The notes: generated by a model not told the origin, from the sequence alone. A stretch of 36,746 nucleotides of DNA from Ancylonema sp. (GCA_050230475.1 JBFLGF010000034.1:62001-98746); one strand, 5' to 3'; shown: positions 1 through 11,759, numbered from the stretch's first letter. Translations and numbers: made by a program.

Positions 1-11
1 GCAAAGCGTCC

Positions 12-75
12 GGGTACAACTATGGGGTACAACTAGGGTACAACTAGGGTAACAACTATGGGGTACAACTAGGGG
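12..75. repeat. 12-13-bp tandem repeat GGTACAACTA(T)GG x5
   Basis: Directly visible. Confidence 0.85.
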
Positions 76-848
76 TCGGACGGTTGGGCGGCGGCTGGAA
101 CGGTGGGACGGCGGTAGGTGGCAGCTGGGCGGTCCGCCAACCACTAACCGCCAACGATGACATGACGCAAATAACCCACGTATAAGATTAAGATCTGGTA
201 TATGCACACGTGTTTTCGTCGTTGGTCCACAATTTTGTTTCCAAACGACAAAGTAATGTACGGGAAGCCAGCCGGCGACGTTGATTGATTGGATGGTCTT
301 CAACCAGAATCGTGTCTCGCAATCATCTGCTGACAACTGGTTATAATGATGATTTGGGAGTGACAGAAGATGGGACAAATGCCGCCTACTTGTTAGCCGC
401 TACTGTTATGCCGCCAGCTGTTATATGGAGACGATCCGATACGATCTTGGTTTCAATTTGTCGTGTAGGGGGGGAAAAATTGTTTGTCGAGCTGAACTTG
501 AAAACTCCACGGTAGCAATCCACCGTGGACTAGGTCGGTGACTAGATACTCGTTCTCGAGGTAAAAAGATTAGGATTTTCTCTCTGAAAACGACAAAATT
601 TACAAATCTGAGTTCGCTGGATTTGTGTACATCCTGTCCGTGGCCGTTACATTTGGTGGTTTTGTGTGACTACTGGCGTATGAGGCCAAAAACAGATGAA
701 ACAACCTGTTTCAGAAGTAACGGTTAAGTTCATTACCTGGACGTCTACTACATATCCACACGTCTATGCTCAGCGCTCGGGCACAGGGCTCAGGTAGTTT
801 AGGCCAGTCATTCATACAGCGACCATTCTGAACCCCGACCTGTTCACC

Positions 849-3800
849 ATGGCTGGCTTATCCTCGCTCTCTGTTCTATGTGTCGTGGTCGCGTGCTGCT
901 TGAGTTCAGCAGCAGCTAACTTTCATGGACTATTTGAACACGCTTCTTTTGACGACTACGTGCATGGACACGAGTATGCCCCACAGCCGTCTGCATTCGA
1001 GGCTGCTCTCAAGGGCATTGAAAAATATTATCTGGACAGCGCTGTACAAGTAGAGGTTGTGGTGGAGGGTACGTATGAGCCTTCCTTACCCGAAATCGAC
1101 GATACTCTGCTCCCAGATGACCACCCGCACAAGAGACCGGTGGAGGTCCGAATCAAATCTGCGGTTCGGAATGTTGCGATTCGGAATAGGCGGATCGGTA
1201 CTTTCGAGAAGACACCTACTTCTTCACCGTTGCAGTCGGATATGCGGGAGGGTGAACAGAGGCGCCTTTTTCAGTTGAGTGAGATGGAGGATGAGGCTGG
1301 TCGCCGTATGCTGGGGAAGACCGATACAAAGAACGCTTTGTCGGTTGTCACGAATGGAGCGATCGCCCCCGGACCTACAACACCTCCGTCTGCAGCTGCC
1401 ATTGGCTCAGACTTCTACCGATTCGGAAGTGTCGCCTTGCCGCAACTCGTGAACTGGACCATGACGAAGGCCGCCACTTTTGTACACTTTGAAGGAGCTG
1501 TAAGTACTTCCTGCCGGTCCCGGGCGTGTGATTGTACAGCCGTTCCCTGAAATCGTCGGTTTGTTTCTCGAATCCCAGTGTGACGGAATTCACCGATTTC
1601 GACTATGTCGACGATTTCTTGTACCGATAACCATCCGCTCACACGTCTTATTGTGTGTTTCCTGCAGTTCTGCCAATCGTGCTGGGCGATTGCGGTGGCT
1701 GATGCAGTGTCTATGATGTGGCTCATTCATGGAGGAAAAGGCAGCGTGCCAGTTGGTGCAGAAATGCTTCGCACCGACAAAAATTACGGAAATCCAGCAG
1801 GTACGGTTCTCCCCTTCTCCTGTCCACCGACTCCTCGATCCCATCTGACTTACCTTGGTCACTCTTTGTAGCAGCCCATGCGAATTTGATGATGATCTGA
1901 ATGTCTTCTTTCCCTTGTCCCCTACCTGTCTCTTCCAGGAAACGGCGGTGCAGATATGTCTCCCCAGCAGATTTGCGACGGCATGGGCGTCAGCTGCTGC
2001 ACTGGCGGGTGGCCAGAATCGGCGTTGGAGTTTGTGCATATCAACGGGGGGTTGGACCAATGGCTAAACTATCCCTACTTGATGACTCCTAACGTATCGC
2101 AGGAGTCTGTGGGGCAAAACAACGTGGTAGCCATGGTACAACTCCGTCCACACCAGCGCGCCATATTCCACGTCGATGCAGAAGATCTCACGTCCCTCAT
2201 CTACCATGTGTCCAGGTCACCGGTTTCGAGGCCGTGCCAGCTGGCAATATCCAGGCGTTCATGCAGGCCGTGTCCATGGTGCCCGTCATCGCTTTCATCA
2301 GCTCAAGCTCAGCTGATTTCGGGGTAAGGGCCTACTGGTGGAGTAGTGACGTGTTCATAAGCAGTTCATGTCTAATCGTACCCCCACTCTCTTACATGTC
2401 GCAGAGCTACACGGGCGGCATTTTCAACGGCAGCTGCGGGAGTACGATTGACCACGTAGTCCTCATCACCGGGTACGGTACGGATCCGGTGGCGGGTCCC
2501 TATTGGATCATCAAGAACGCATGGGGCCCCTACTGGGGCGAGTACGGGTACATGCGCATCGTGATGACACCTGGCAACGGGAAGTGCGGCCTCACTTCGT
2601 AAGCGAATCTTCAAGCGATCCCACACGCGTTCCACCTTGCTTTGCGCCTTGTTTAGACTTTTTCTCTTCCTCCCCTCTCCCGCAGCTCTCGTGGTCTCTA
2701 CCCCGTCTACTTCCCGACTAACAGCAACCCTTGCCTAGGCACCCCCAACCCCTGTGGATCTGGGACGTGTTTCGCACAGAACCTTCCAGGTACCTGCCTG
2801 CCTCCCTGCAGGAATGGAAGAGATGGACATTCCTTTCCATTCCAACCGCCAACCGATCATTCCCCGTGCTTGCCGCCGCAGGTGGAGGATATCAGGCCCG
2901 TTGCGGTTGTCCCAGCGGGTACGTGGAGAACGCGGGCACGTGGCCCACGCCCTCCAAATGCGTCCGCTCCAACCCCTGCGACGCCAACCCCAACCCCTGC
3001 GGCGCGGGCACTTGCAAGTCGTTCCCGGACGGGAGCTACTCATGCGCTTGCCCCGCGGTCAGTTCCGGCGGCAGGGGTCTGTGGGAATGCTGTGTCATGG
3101 TATGTTGCAATCTCCTGAATGTCCTCCTTTCTCCCTTGTCGTATTGCGCAGTCTATGGTCGCCGGCTCAACCACGGGCGGAAACCCGCTCTGTGTGGCAA
3201 GTGGAGCGCAAACCTACACCGTGCAACCGGCAGACACCTGCATGGTACACTGTCAAACAGGCACCCTCTGTACAGGCACACCCTCTATAACGAATGCCAA
3301 CGTATGCCTAACCATTGCATTTAGAGAGGAGGCTTACATGCTGCCCTGACCTCGGCTTGCCTGTGGTCTGGAATCGATTCTTCCCTCCCAGTACCATTGT
3401 TTTGAGTGGTATGTGTCCGTGTATGTCCGCAGATCATCACCACCGCCTACAGCACCACTAGCGGCAGCTTGGCGGTTCTCAATCCATGGCTCAACTGCTC
3501 CTCGTCCTCACTCCAGGCGGGAGCCGTGATCGTGTTAGGGAACACGTCAGTTCCAGCTGGCTCCTCTACATACGTGTCCCAGGTGCAGGAAACGTGCGCC
3601 TCAATCGCTTACGGGTACGGAATCACCCTCGCCACCCTCCAGCTATACAACCCCGCCGTCATCTGCGCCACCCTGCCCCTGGGTACGAATCTAGTGCTGC
3701 CCCCGGCCACGGGGACAGTACTTCCTTCCACCATCCCCCCCACTTGCAACAGCACCTACAGCGTCGTCACGGATGATACCTGTGTCTCCGTTTCTGCGAA

Positions 3801-5014
3801 ACTGGGCATATCCAACAGCACTCTCACAAGGTCAAGCTTTTTTATTGCCTTTTTTGTTGCCTTCGTTGCCTTTGTTGTTTTCGATCATTTCTCTTTTTCT
3901 TATTTCTTTTTTCTTTTTCCTCAGTCCCCTTTTGGTATACCCGAGGTGGCCTGTAGACAAGGGTTGTGAAACATCAGTTTTGCCGTTTGTTTTTGCAACA
4001 GGTCCTGACTTTTTTGTCGTCCGTTCTTTTGCAGATTAAATCCAGACATTAGCTGCAGCAAACCACTCGCCCCTCCCACCACCCTGTGTGTTTCGGTTGC
4101 CTCAAACGTGAGTCTCGGTTTCCATGTGGAGGCCACAATAAGGACTGCAGTCCACAAGTGATGTTACCTGTATCAATGCCGAAGGATGTACCATGGGATA
4201 GACAATCGACTGATTGGCCACGGGACTCGGATCAGTGGTGCTGACTGTTCCTACTCCCTTTCTCAAATTCTTGCAGGGTGCCACCTCCAGCATTGCTTCC
4301 TGCACCCAGTACTACTCAGTTCGGCAGGGCGACACGTGTCCCTTCATCTGGATGTACGCCAACCTCACCATGACGCAGTTCCTGTCCGCCAACCCCGGGA
4401 TCCGATGCGACTCCCCCCACCTCTGGGTAGGGGACCAAATCTGCATCGCCGCCCCCATCATCACCCTCGCCATCCCCGCAGGCGTTCCCTACATAGCCCA
4501 ACCCAATGACACCCTGGGGCTCGTTTCGTACCAGTGGACAATTCGCTGCGGCCTCCTGGCCTCCGTCGCCAACATAATCGTGGCGAACCCCACGCTAGCT
4601 GGCGCGGTTGGATCCACCCGCCTGTCTCCCGGGGTGCAGCTGGATATCCCCTGCCCCAATGCGGGTTGTTCGGACGCCTGCGGGTGTCCGTCCGTCGGTC
4701 CCTCGGTTTGCGGCAGTGACAACTCTTGGTACTACAGCTCGTGTGACTCGAATTGCAACGGAGCCGGGTTGGGATACCCGAGTTGTACTGCGTGTGCGGT
4801 GGCGTGTTTTGGGCGGGTAACGCTGCCCCCTCTGCCGGGAACTGCTTGGGGATGTACGGCGAATAACGGGGGGATCTGCTTGCCTACGTGGAATGGGTAT
4901 TGCCAGAGTTGGCTGGCTGGCTGTCAAAACCAGTGTAACCAAGCGCAGTGGTATGGTACGTCGCAGAATAATAATTATTGGAATTGTCTTTCGAAGTGTA
5001 GAGGAGGTTGCTAG
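849..5014 (+). CDS. Secreted multidomain papain-like (C1A) cysteine protease with EGF-like, LysM and Kazal-like modules; exons 849-1499, 1668-1800, 1939-2135, 2216-2323, 2405-2598, 2686-2789, 2882-3057, 3152-3244, 3433-3830, 4035-4107, 4277-5014 (~954 aa)
   Basis: All 10 introns are GT-AG with consistent phase, and the spliced length of 2865 nt is a multiple of 3. Motifs: hydrophobic signal peptide MAGLSSLSVLCVVVACCLSSAAA; CQSCWA (catalytic Cys codon 1680-1682); SPQQICD..CTGGWP; YTGGIF..C..DHVVLITGYG; YWIIKNAWGPYWGEYGY; EGF-like NPC..PNPCG.GTC..Y.C.CP x2; LysM-like YTVQPADTC, YVSQVQETC, YSVVTDDTC, YSVRQGDTC, YIAQPNDTL; VCGSDNSWYYSSC. Confidence 0.9.
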
Positions 5015-5290
5015 TGTGAGAAGTGGTTAGAAACTTTGTTGTATTGAGAAAATTCGTTATATCAAATTTGTGGCAACATCTGTTGCTATATATTTTAGTA
5101 AGTATTCGTCCAAACAAGACATCCGCCAAGGCATGTTTACATAGGCCAAGTGGTGGCCGCCATAATATTCAATCGGACTCTTTGCAATCAAGACTCGACT
5201 CTCTTGTATGGCATGTCGTGAATAAGTTTGATTCTCTGAAGATTGAAGCTATTGGTGTAAAGAAGGCCATGGATGATGGTAACACTCACA
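5015..5290 (+). repeat. 5' LTR (276 bp) of the copia element
   Basis: Starts TGTGAG right after the TSD, ends CTCACA and is followed by the PBS; its last ~40 bp match the surviving 3' LTR end. Confidence 0.85.
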
Positions 5291-7173
5291 GTGATATCAG
5301 AGTTTATACTATCTTGGAGAAGAACTGCGTGGCATTTCAGGCATGTGAGTCGAAAAGATGTGCAATTTTAGATAATGGGGATTGTTTAGATATGTGTGAG
5401 AGCATAGAGTTGGAACCTGATCTGGTATTGTCTAAAAGACATTTAGATTGTAATTTCACAAATTATGAGGAAGTGTGCGCAGGCAACTGGCCAAGCTAAA
5501 CTTGTTCAGAATTGACAAATTGAAGAATATGTGGAATATTAGGGATGAGGTTACAGCTATCATAGAGGCCTTGGGTTACCAGCTGCCGGTTGGTGAGATC
5601 AGCAGCGAAGAAGAGTAAGTCATGGCGCTCTTTGAGGGTATGCCGCGCAAGGAGTACGGAATCCTGAACGGAACATACTTATAGCAGGTTGAGCCATCTG
5701 GCTTGAGCTGAATCTGTGGTCAGCTCAGTCGCAACGGGCTCGAGAATGCTCAGGAGTAAACAGCAGCCAAGGCCGAAGCGTTATTCGCGGAGGCTAACTA
5801 TGCGAAGTGGAACCGAGCTGCCGGGAAGGGTAATTATGGGGGAGGCCGTGTCGGTGGAGGTGGACGCGGGGAAGGAAGCGGATCTGGTCGAGGGGGAGGC
5901 AGTGGTCGCGGGGGCACAATCACGTGTTACTCGTGTGGAATCTCCGATCACATCAGTAGAGACTGCCCTAACAAGGGACAGATCTGCAATCACTGTGAGG
6001 CCATCGGCCACAATGCCCGGTCTTGCTACGACAAAAAGAATGGGGTGCCGCCTGGACGACGTGCTGCCGGAAAACAGAAAAGCGCCCTGCTCGGAGAATT
6101 CGAAGACCTGGGTCTCAGTCATGGCGAAATCTGTCTTGGCGAAGCCTGCGTTGGGGATCTGAATGGCAATCCATAATTTCTGATTGACGGGGGAGCTAGT
6201 GACCACACAGCCGGCAACATCAGCCATTTCTCGACCATCGAGGACATTCCGCACGAGCTGGTGCTCAGGCAACTCCAGGGTACGGTCCAGGTGAAAGAGT
6301 GGGGGATTGTCTACCTGAAGACACATGGAGAATGTGGCGGCATCACTCTAAACAATTGCCTGTACATCCCTGGAATGCGCCTGAAACTCATCAGTGGGCA
6401 ACGGATGCGGCAGGCCAAGTGGAGCTACAACTGTGCAGGGAAACCGGGCCAGATAGTCCCTCTGCTGCGCGAGGACGGCAAGTAGGTTAGGGAACTATTC
6501 GGGAAAGCTTGGCAGGCCATCACACCCTCATCTGCACCCCTCAGATTCGAAAAATCCCTTGCGAAGGAGAAGTTGCGCTTGCCGCTGTTGACGTAAACCG
6601 CATGCACGTGCGACTGGGGCACGCCAATGAGCGCGTGCTCAGAGCCATGGCAAGCTCGAATCTAGTGAGGGGGCTTGAGGGCGGCATTTTTGGAGCTCTC
6701 GTCAACTGCGAGGGTTGTAAAATGTAGAGAGCGCACGACAGGCCGCACCATCGCAAACCTGCCGATTTCGGAGAGAAGGTGTGCCTCGATAGGGTGTCCG
6801 TGGATCTCGTTGGCCCGTTCATTCCAGCCTCTATTGGGGGTGGCAAATACAATATGGTGCTTGTCGACGAGTACAGCAGGAAACCTTGGGTGGAGATTCT
6901 GCGCTCGAAGGACGAGGCTGCTGGGCGGCTAAAACAGTCGATCGCGATCTGGGAGACTCAGGCCGGCAGAAAACTCAAGAATTTGCACTCAGATAACGGG
7001 GGGGAGTTTATTGATGGGAAATTTCAGCTCCGGCTGCGAAATCGGGGAACGAACCACGAGCCTACTCCCCCACACACCCCTCAAGGCAACGGCATCACGG
7101 AGCGCATGAACAGAACGCTCCAGGACCGCGNATTGGTGTAAAGAAGGCATCATGGATGATGGTAACTCTCACA
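5015..7173 (+). mobile_element. Degenerate Ty1/copia LTR retrotransposon with 5-bp TSD GCTAG (5010-5014 / 7174-7178); RT/RNaseH and most of the 3' LTR are absent, lost at or hidden by the N at 7131
   Basis: Termini are TGTGAG...CTCACA. The 5' LTR end (5251-5290) is repeated at 7132-7173. PBS-like TGATATCAGAGT at 5292-5303. Gag remnant; two CCHC knuckles (CYSCGISDHISRDC, CNHCEAIGHNARSC, ~5925-6030); protease FLIDGGASDH (~6180); gag-pre-integrase HVRLGH..CEGC; integrase core VDLVGP..LVDEYS..HSDNGGEF..PQGNGITERMNRTL (6779-7130). Several stops and frameshifts. Confidence 0.92.
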
Positions 7174-7918
7174 GCTAGGAGAAGAGAGGGAGATGGGATG
7201 CATAACTGTTTTTGGGGTGGAGTTGATTCCGAAATTTATTTAGTCATTCGTATTGACATGTACTTGTAGGACAGAATTTGATGTATTCTGGTCAGTGTGC
7301 TTATGTGCTATTGTGTATGGACCTTTAACAGGAGCAGTAATGTGCTAGGTAGGTGGAAGCTTGGATTTGGGAATGAAGAAACTGTAGTCCATAAATTGCT
7401 TGGGGTTGTGGTTCGATTACAAGCCGTAATCATGGAGTTCACATTGTGGAGTATGTATTCCATGAAGGAATGCCTTAAGACATATACCGGGTAGATGCGC
7501 GCGGTATATGTGCGCGGTATATATACAATATATATTATACCGTGTTCGACATCGTAAAAGTTTCATAAAAATAATTTTAGTTGCCTGGGGCGGCGGAGTT
7601 TTTTTCTGTAGGAAATAATACGAAAAAAAAAAATGGTTTGGTGCATCGTGCAAAAAAAATAAACAATATGTATATTGTGACAATATCCCGGCACTTCTAT
7701 CATTCACCAACAGTTGTTGGGCAAAATAAATAGCCTAAAAACATTCCATTGACCGGCTCCCGATTTTGGACCTAGACGAGCCGCGGTCCGAAAGAAAGTA
7801 GTGCCGGTCTGTGCAACGATGTAAATAAACAATCAAACACATTCGCATTTTTTCAATAGAAAATTCAGTGATGATATACTGGTTGTCTTCAAAAGAGTGA
7901 TAAAAACGCCCAATATAG

Positions 7919-8855
7919 CATAGTTGCACGAACTCAGAACCGTTTCCGAACCAAATCTTAGATGGAACCGGTTCCGACAAAAGGGGTCGCGGTTCGGAAC
8001 TGCGGGATTTAGGGTTTTTTCACTTAAACGGCATTTTGAGGGGTTATATGGCTCGGAAAAAAATCGACAAGTAGTTTTTTTTTCGTGTACCACTTCATGG
8101 TCTATCCAAAAAAAAATCAAACAAATAATATACATTGTTAAAAGATATCAAGTTTTTTTTTCTCATCAGTGTATCCACCTGCTTTTGGTGCAATTCTCTG
8201 TTGTTCTCAATTTTGTGCTCATTTTCTTGCTATTGATGTAAAAATAGCTACATAAGAAGTTCCACTTTCAGTTTCACTCTTTTTTCAACCATCCATAAAC
8301 TCCATTCCATATATATTTCTTCATTCCCATTCCGTGTGTTAATTCCATGTGAAAATGTTGCGACATAATGTTGTCACCCGTTTTGTATTGCCACTCGACA
8401 TTTTATTTAACTTTCCATGGTTCTTTTCTTTTCAATCATCTACTCAAACCTGCGGCAATCCATTTATATCCACTCTCTTCCTACTCAATTCTCCTACCTT
8501 TCACATCCCTTCCTTCTCCTCCAAAAAAAATCATAGTGGAAGGTCGCGTGCTGATTTCTGCCAACGAAAATGCACTACGTCCTGCCATGGCGCGAAATAA
8601 AGCAAATTGAAACTAACAATGGCCGCATATTTTTCCGATGAACTTTTTCACAATTTTAGCGTCTGGAAATGACGTGGAGTCCCCAACATGAACATTTACA
8701 ACGATTTATTTCCCCCGCGTACGTTTTTTGGGAGGGAAAAATGTTATACCGCGGTAAGGAGTAAAACCCTAAAAATCTTCCGGTTCGTCCGGTTCCGAAA
8801 AGGTTCCATCTCGGAACCGGTTCCAAAAAACAAAAAACCGGTTCGTGCAACTATG
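7919..8855. mobile_element. Non-autonomous hAT-type TIR element (937 bp)
   Basis: 15-bp perfect TIR CATAGTTGCACGAAC/GTTCGTGCAACTATG; perfect 8-bp TSD CAATATAG (7911-7918, 8856-8863); subterminal GAACCG/CGGTTC repeats; AT-rich non-coding interior. Confidence 0.9.
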
Positions 8856-9313
8856 CAATATAGTATACCTTTTTCCACAATACTCTACCATGTCTCTACC
8901 CCAATTGGAAGGTCGGTTATACGTTACCCGCCGTATTTATGTCCGACCAAACCACAAATAAAGATAATAGCCAAACCCGCGAGCAATCAATTTTCAAGCC
9001 ACCATTCGGCCCACCCATTTCCCGGCGTTCTTTGCAATTGCCCCACCCCAATATCGGGGTATAGCAATCAAGTTAGCTCCTGAATTCCTTGAAACTTAGT
9101 AAAGTCCAATTTATTTACGTATTAACGCCTCTAATAAACTTTAGTTGCGCCTAAATACCATGCATATGACCAAAAGCGAGCGGGACTACAACCGAACTTC
9201 TCCGAACGCGTATGGGCCGGAACGCGGGTGCCGCGCGTCCGAAAGTCCACGTGCGGGCTCTATGTCGGGATTCCAAAAATCTAGTTTCAAGACATCATAG
9301 CTTCTAATTGGCT

Positions 9314-9571
9314 CATAGGTGGTCCCGATACGATTAGAAATGATCCGATCCCGCGCCGTTCGGGATCGGATCCGATCTGCGCCGATCCCGACCGGAGGCA
9401 CCAAACATCAAGCAAAAACCGATGGGGTAAAAGGGATAACAAATCGGGCCCTTCGTGGCAGATTTTTTTTTTTTTTTTTTTTTTGCTCTTGTTGGGCCCG
9501 ATACGGTCGGAATGTTGCCGATCCCGCACCGATCCGGATCGAAAATCGGGATAGATCCGGGACCAACTATG
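9314..9571. mobile_element. Short hAT-type MITE
   Basis: TIR CATAGGTGGTCCCG vs CATAGTTGGTCCCG (13/14); degenerate 8-bp TSD AATTGGCT/AACTCGCT; subterminal GATCC/GGATC repeats. Confidence 0.7.
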
Positions 9572-9740
9572 AACTCGCTCTTTGTTTTTCAGTGATTATT
9601 TTTTCATACGGTGGAGTGGTGGTTGCTAATGCTTTTTGATTTTATCACTGCGATGATTGTAAAGTGTCATTAACAATAAACACCAGAACCCTATACAGCA
9701 TGTATATACGCGCCCCTGAGCGCTTCTAAGCGCTTCAAGA

Positions 9741-10073
9741 TGTAGTTTCCCGGACCGGCAAGATTGGCATTTTGGACCGCGGTCGGTCTATGGCTCTTTT
9801 AGGGTTCCCCCCCCCCCCCCGGCAATTTTCGGGGGGAAATGGACATGTCGGGGAACTTTCAAGGAGTAATTTTTTCTTTTATTTTTGCAGGATACACAAG
9901 CCGTAATGATAAATAAAATAAAAATTTCCCATTTCGACATAACACCTTTCAAAACCCCCAAGAAAAACCGAAAGTATCCTTCTACTGCCGATCCGGCATT
10001 TTGACCTAGAAGAACGGACCCCGGTCCGGAACCGGGATCTCGGAACCCCGGTCCGCCGGTCCGCGCAACTGTG
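9741..10073. mobile_element. Internally deleted, inverted relative of the 10154-11277 element
   Basis: 9741-9786 resembles the reverse complement of the right end of the 10154-11277 element, and its right end CCGGTCCGCGCAACTGTG resembles the reverse complement of that element's left end; no clear TSD. Confidence 0.6.
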
Positions 10074-10153
10074 ATGATGATCTGAGATTGGCGGGCGGTC
10101 TTGCCGGCCCGTATTCGGTACGGCACGTTTTCCGCACGGGGCCGAGAGCAATG

Positions 10154-11277
10154 CATAGTTGCACGGACTGGCGGACCGGGGTCCCGAGGTCCCGACTCCG
10201 GACCGAGGTCAGTCCTTTTGGGTCAAAAATCCGGACCGGCTGTTTAGGGTAATATCGGTTTTTGGGGGTTTTAAGGTGGTTTCGTTGGAGAAAAAACCCC
10301 GGAAGTATTTTTTTTTCGCGAACGTAATTATGTTTCACATCTTATAAAAATGTCAAAAAAATGTTAGACCTATCAAATAAGTGATTAAAACCTGCAATGC
10401 ATCATTGTAGATGGCGTTTTTCACCACTTTCGAGAGATATCACTTGGGGAAATGCTCTAGGTCATTTTATATGGCTATAAGTACTCCATATTTTTTCATG
10501 TTCCATAAGTTACAATGTGATTCTGAAATGATGCTTATGTGAGGCTCAAAAAAATATGATGAAGGGTCACAGTATCATGGAATGAAGTAAAATTAGAAAC
10601 ACATATATCAAACATCAGCCTGATTTTTTTCCCATGCTCACAACCTTATAGTTAAACTTCTCTCCACCTCACAAATCTATTCCTCACTTCTCACTTTCCT
10701 ATTCTACTAAATAAATGGGTAACGTCCCTCTCTAAAATATACTTACCGTATCAAGATCTATCTTTGACTACAACTCCATACTTATAGAAAACGGAAAGAA
10801 AAATATTACGACCTCTACTCCCACAATTTTTGTTCTATTTTTACACCCATAACACTTTTCACTATCTACATCACCTTGAACAAGCCCCCTCTTCCCACTT
10901 CCCACTCCTCACTTGTCACTCCCCAAAAAACTTTCCTCACCCGAATAATACACTTCCAAGTACCAACTTACACCAAAATTTTAGCCATTTTGTCAATTTT
11001 GAATTTCACCATCTCAATCAATGGACGGTTGGATATGAACATGCTATTTTATTTTATTTATTTTATTAATATTGATACAACTTCGCAAGCCACATATGAC
11101 ACATGTATATTACACGTGTGAGGTGCATAAAAAAAATGAAGCCCCACGTCCTTTTTCCCCGCGGAAAATTTGTATGGCAATAAAACCCTAAAAGTTCCCC
11201 GGTCCAACCGGGTCCCGACTCGGGACCCGGTCCGACCACGGTCCGAAAATCCAATGTTGCCGGTCCGTGCAACTATG
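10154..11277. mobile_element. Non-autonomous hAT-type TIR element (1124 bp)
   Basis: TIR CATAGTTGCACGGAC/GTCCGTGCAACTATG; 8-bp TSD GAGCAATG/GGGCAATG (7/8); subterminal GGACCG/CGGTCC repeats. Confidence 0.85.
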
Positions 11278-11280
11278 GGG

Positions 11281-11759
11281 CAATGTGCCGTCCCTGGCAA
11301 ATGCAAAGGTCGTACGGATTTTCTCGCAAACGTCCGGAATACGTCCGTGAAATGCGGCAAACGTGTACGGATGCAAACGTTTGCGATACGTCCGTGAAAT
11401 GCGGCAAACGTGTACGGATTGTGCGGATGCAAATGTTTGCGATCGCAAACGTTTGCGTGGTTTTTTTTTCACTTTTTGAAAGTTTCACAAAATATTGTAT
11501 ACGTTTTCATGGTGAACGTCATGAACCAATGATGACGAGTGTTACAAACTTTCGTACTTCTGTTACCAAAAGAATACTACAGGTATACTAAAAAAATACG
11601 TTGCGGACGTTTGCAAAACGTTGGCAAATTCGAACTTTTGCAAAATGTTTGCAAATGCAATCGTTTTGCAAATGCCGTTTGCAACTTTCGCCGTACGCAC
11701 GTATTCCGTACGTACGTGTTTGCAATACGGCGTTTGCAGGCATTTTTGTCGTCCCAGTG
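11281..11759. mobile_element. Probable non-autonomous TIR element (CACTG-ended, CACTA/CMC-like) dense in GCAAACG/CGTTTGC repeats
   Basis: Right end reads CACTGGGACGAC on the minus strand, with a weak left match CAATGTGCCGTC (8/12); many inverted GCAAA(C/T)G motifs; ~35-bp internal duplication ATACGTCCGTGAAATGCGGCAAACGTGTACGGAT. Confidence 0.4.

Noticed and set aside
12..75. Short direct repeats, here and at 19996-20128 and 21413-21517, considered as CRISPR-like arrays
   Set aside because: No unique spacers of CRISPR size, no cas genes and a eukaryotic context; these are ordinary tandem repeats.
5023..5499. 158-aa ORF directly after the protease gene, suggesting an operon-like partner
   Set aside because: It spans the LTR, PBS and decayed gag N-terminus of the copia element.
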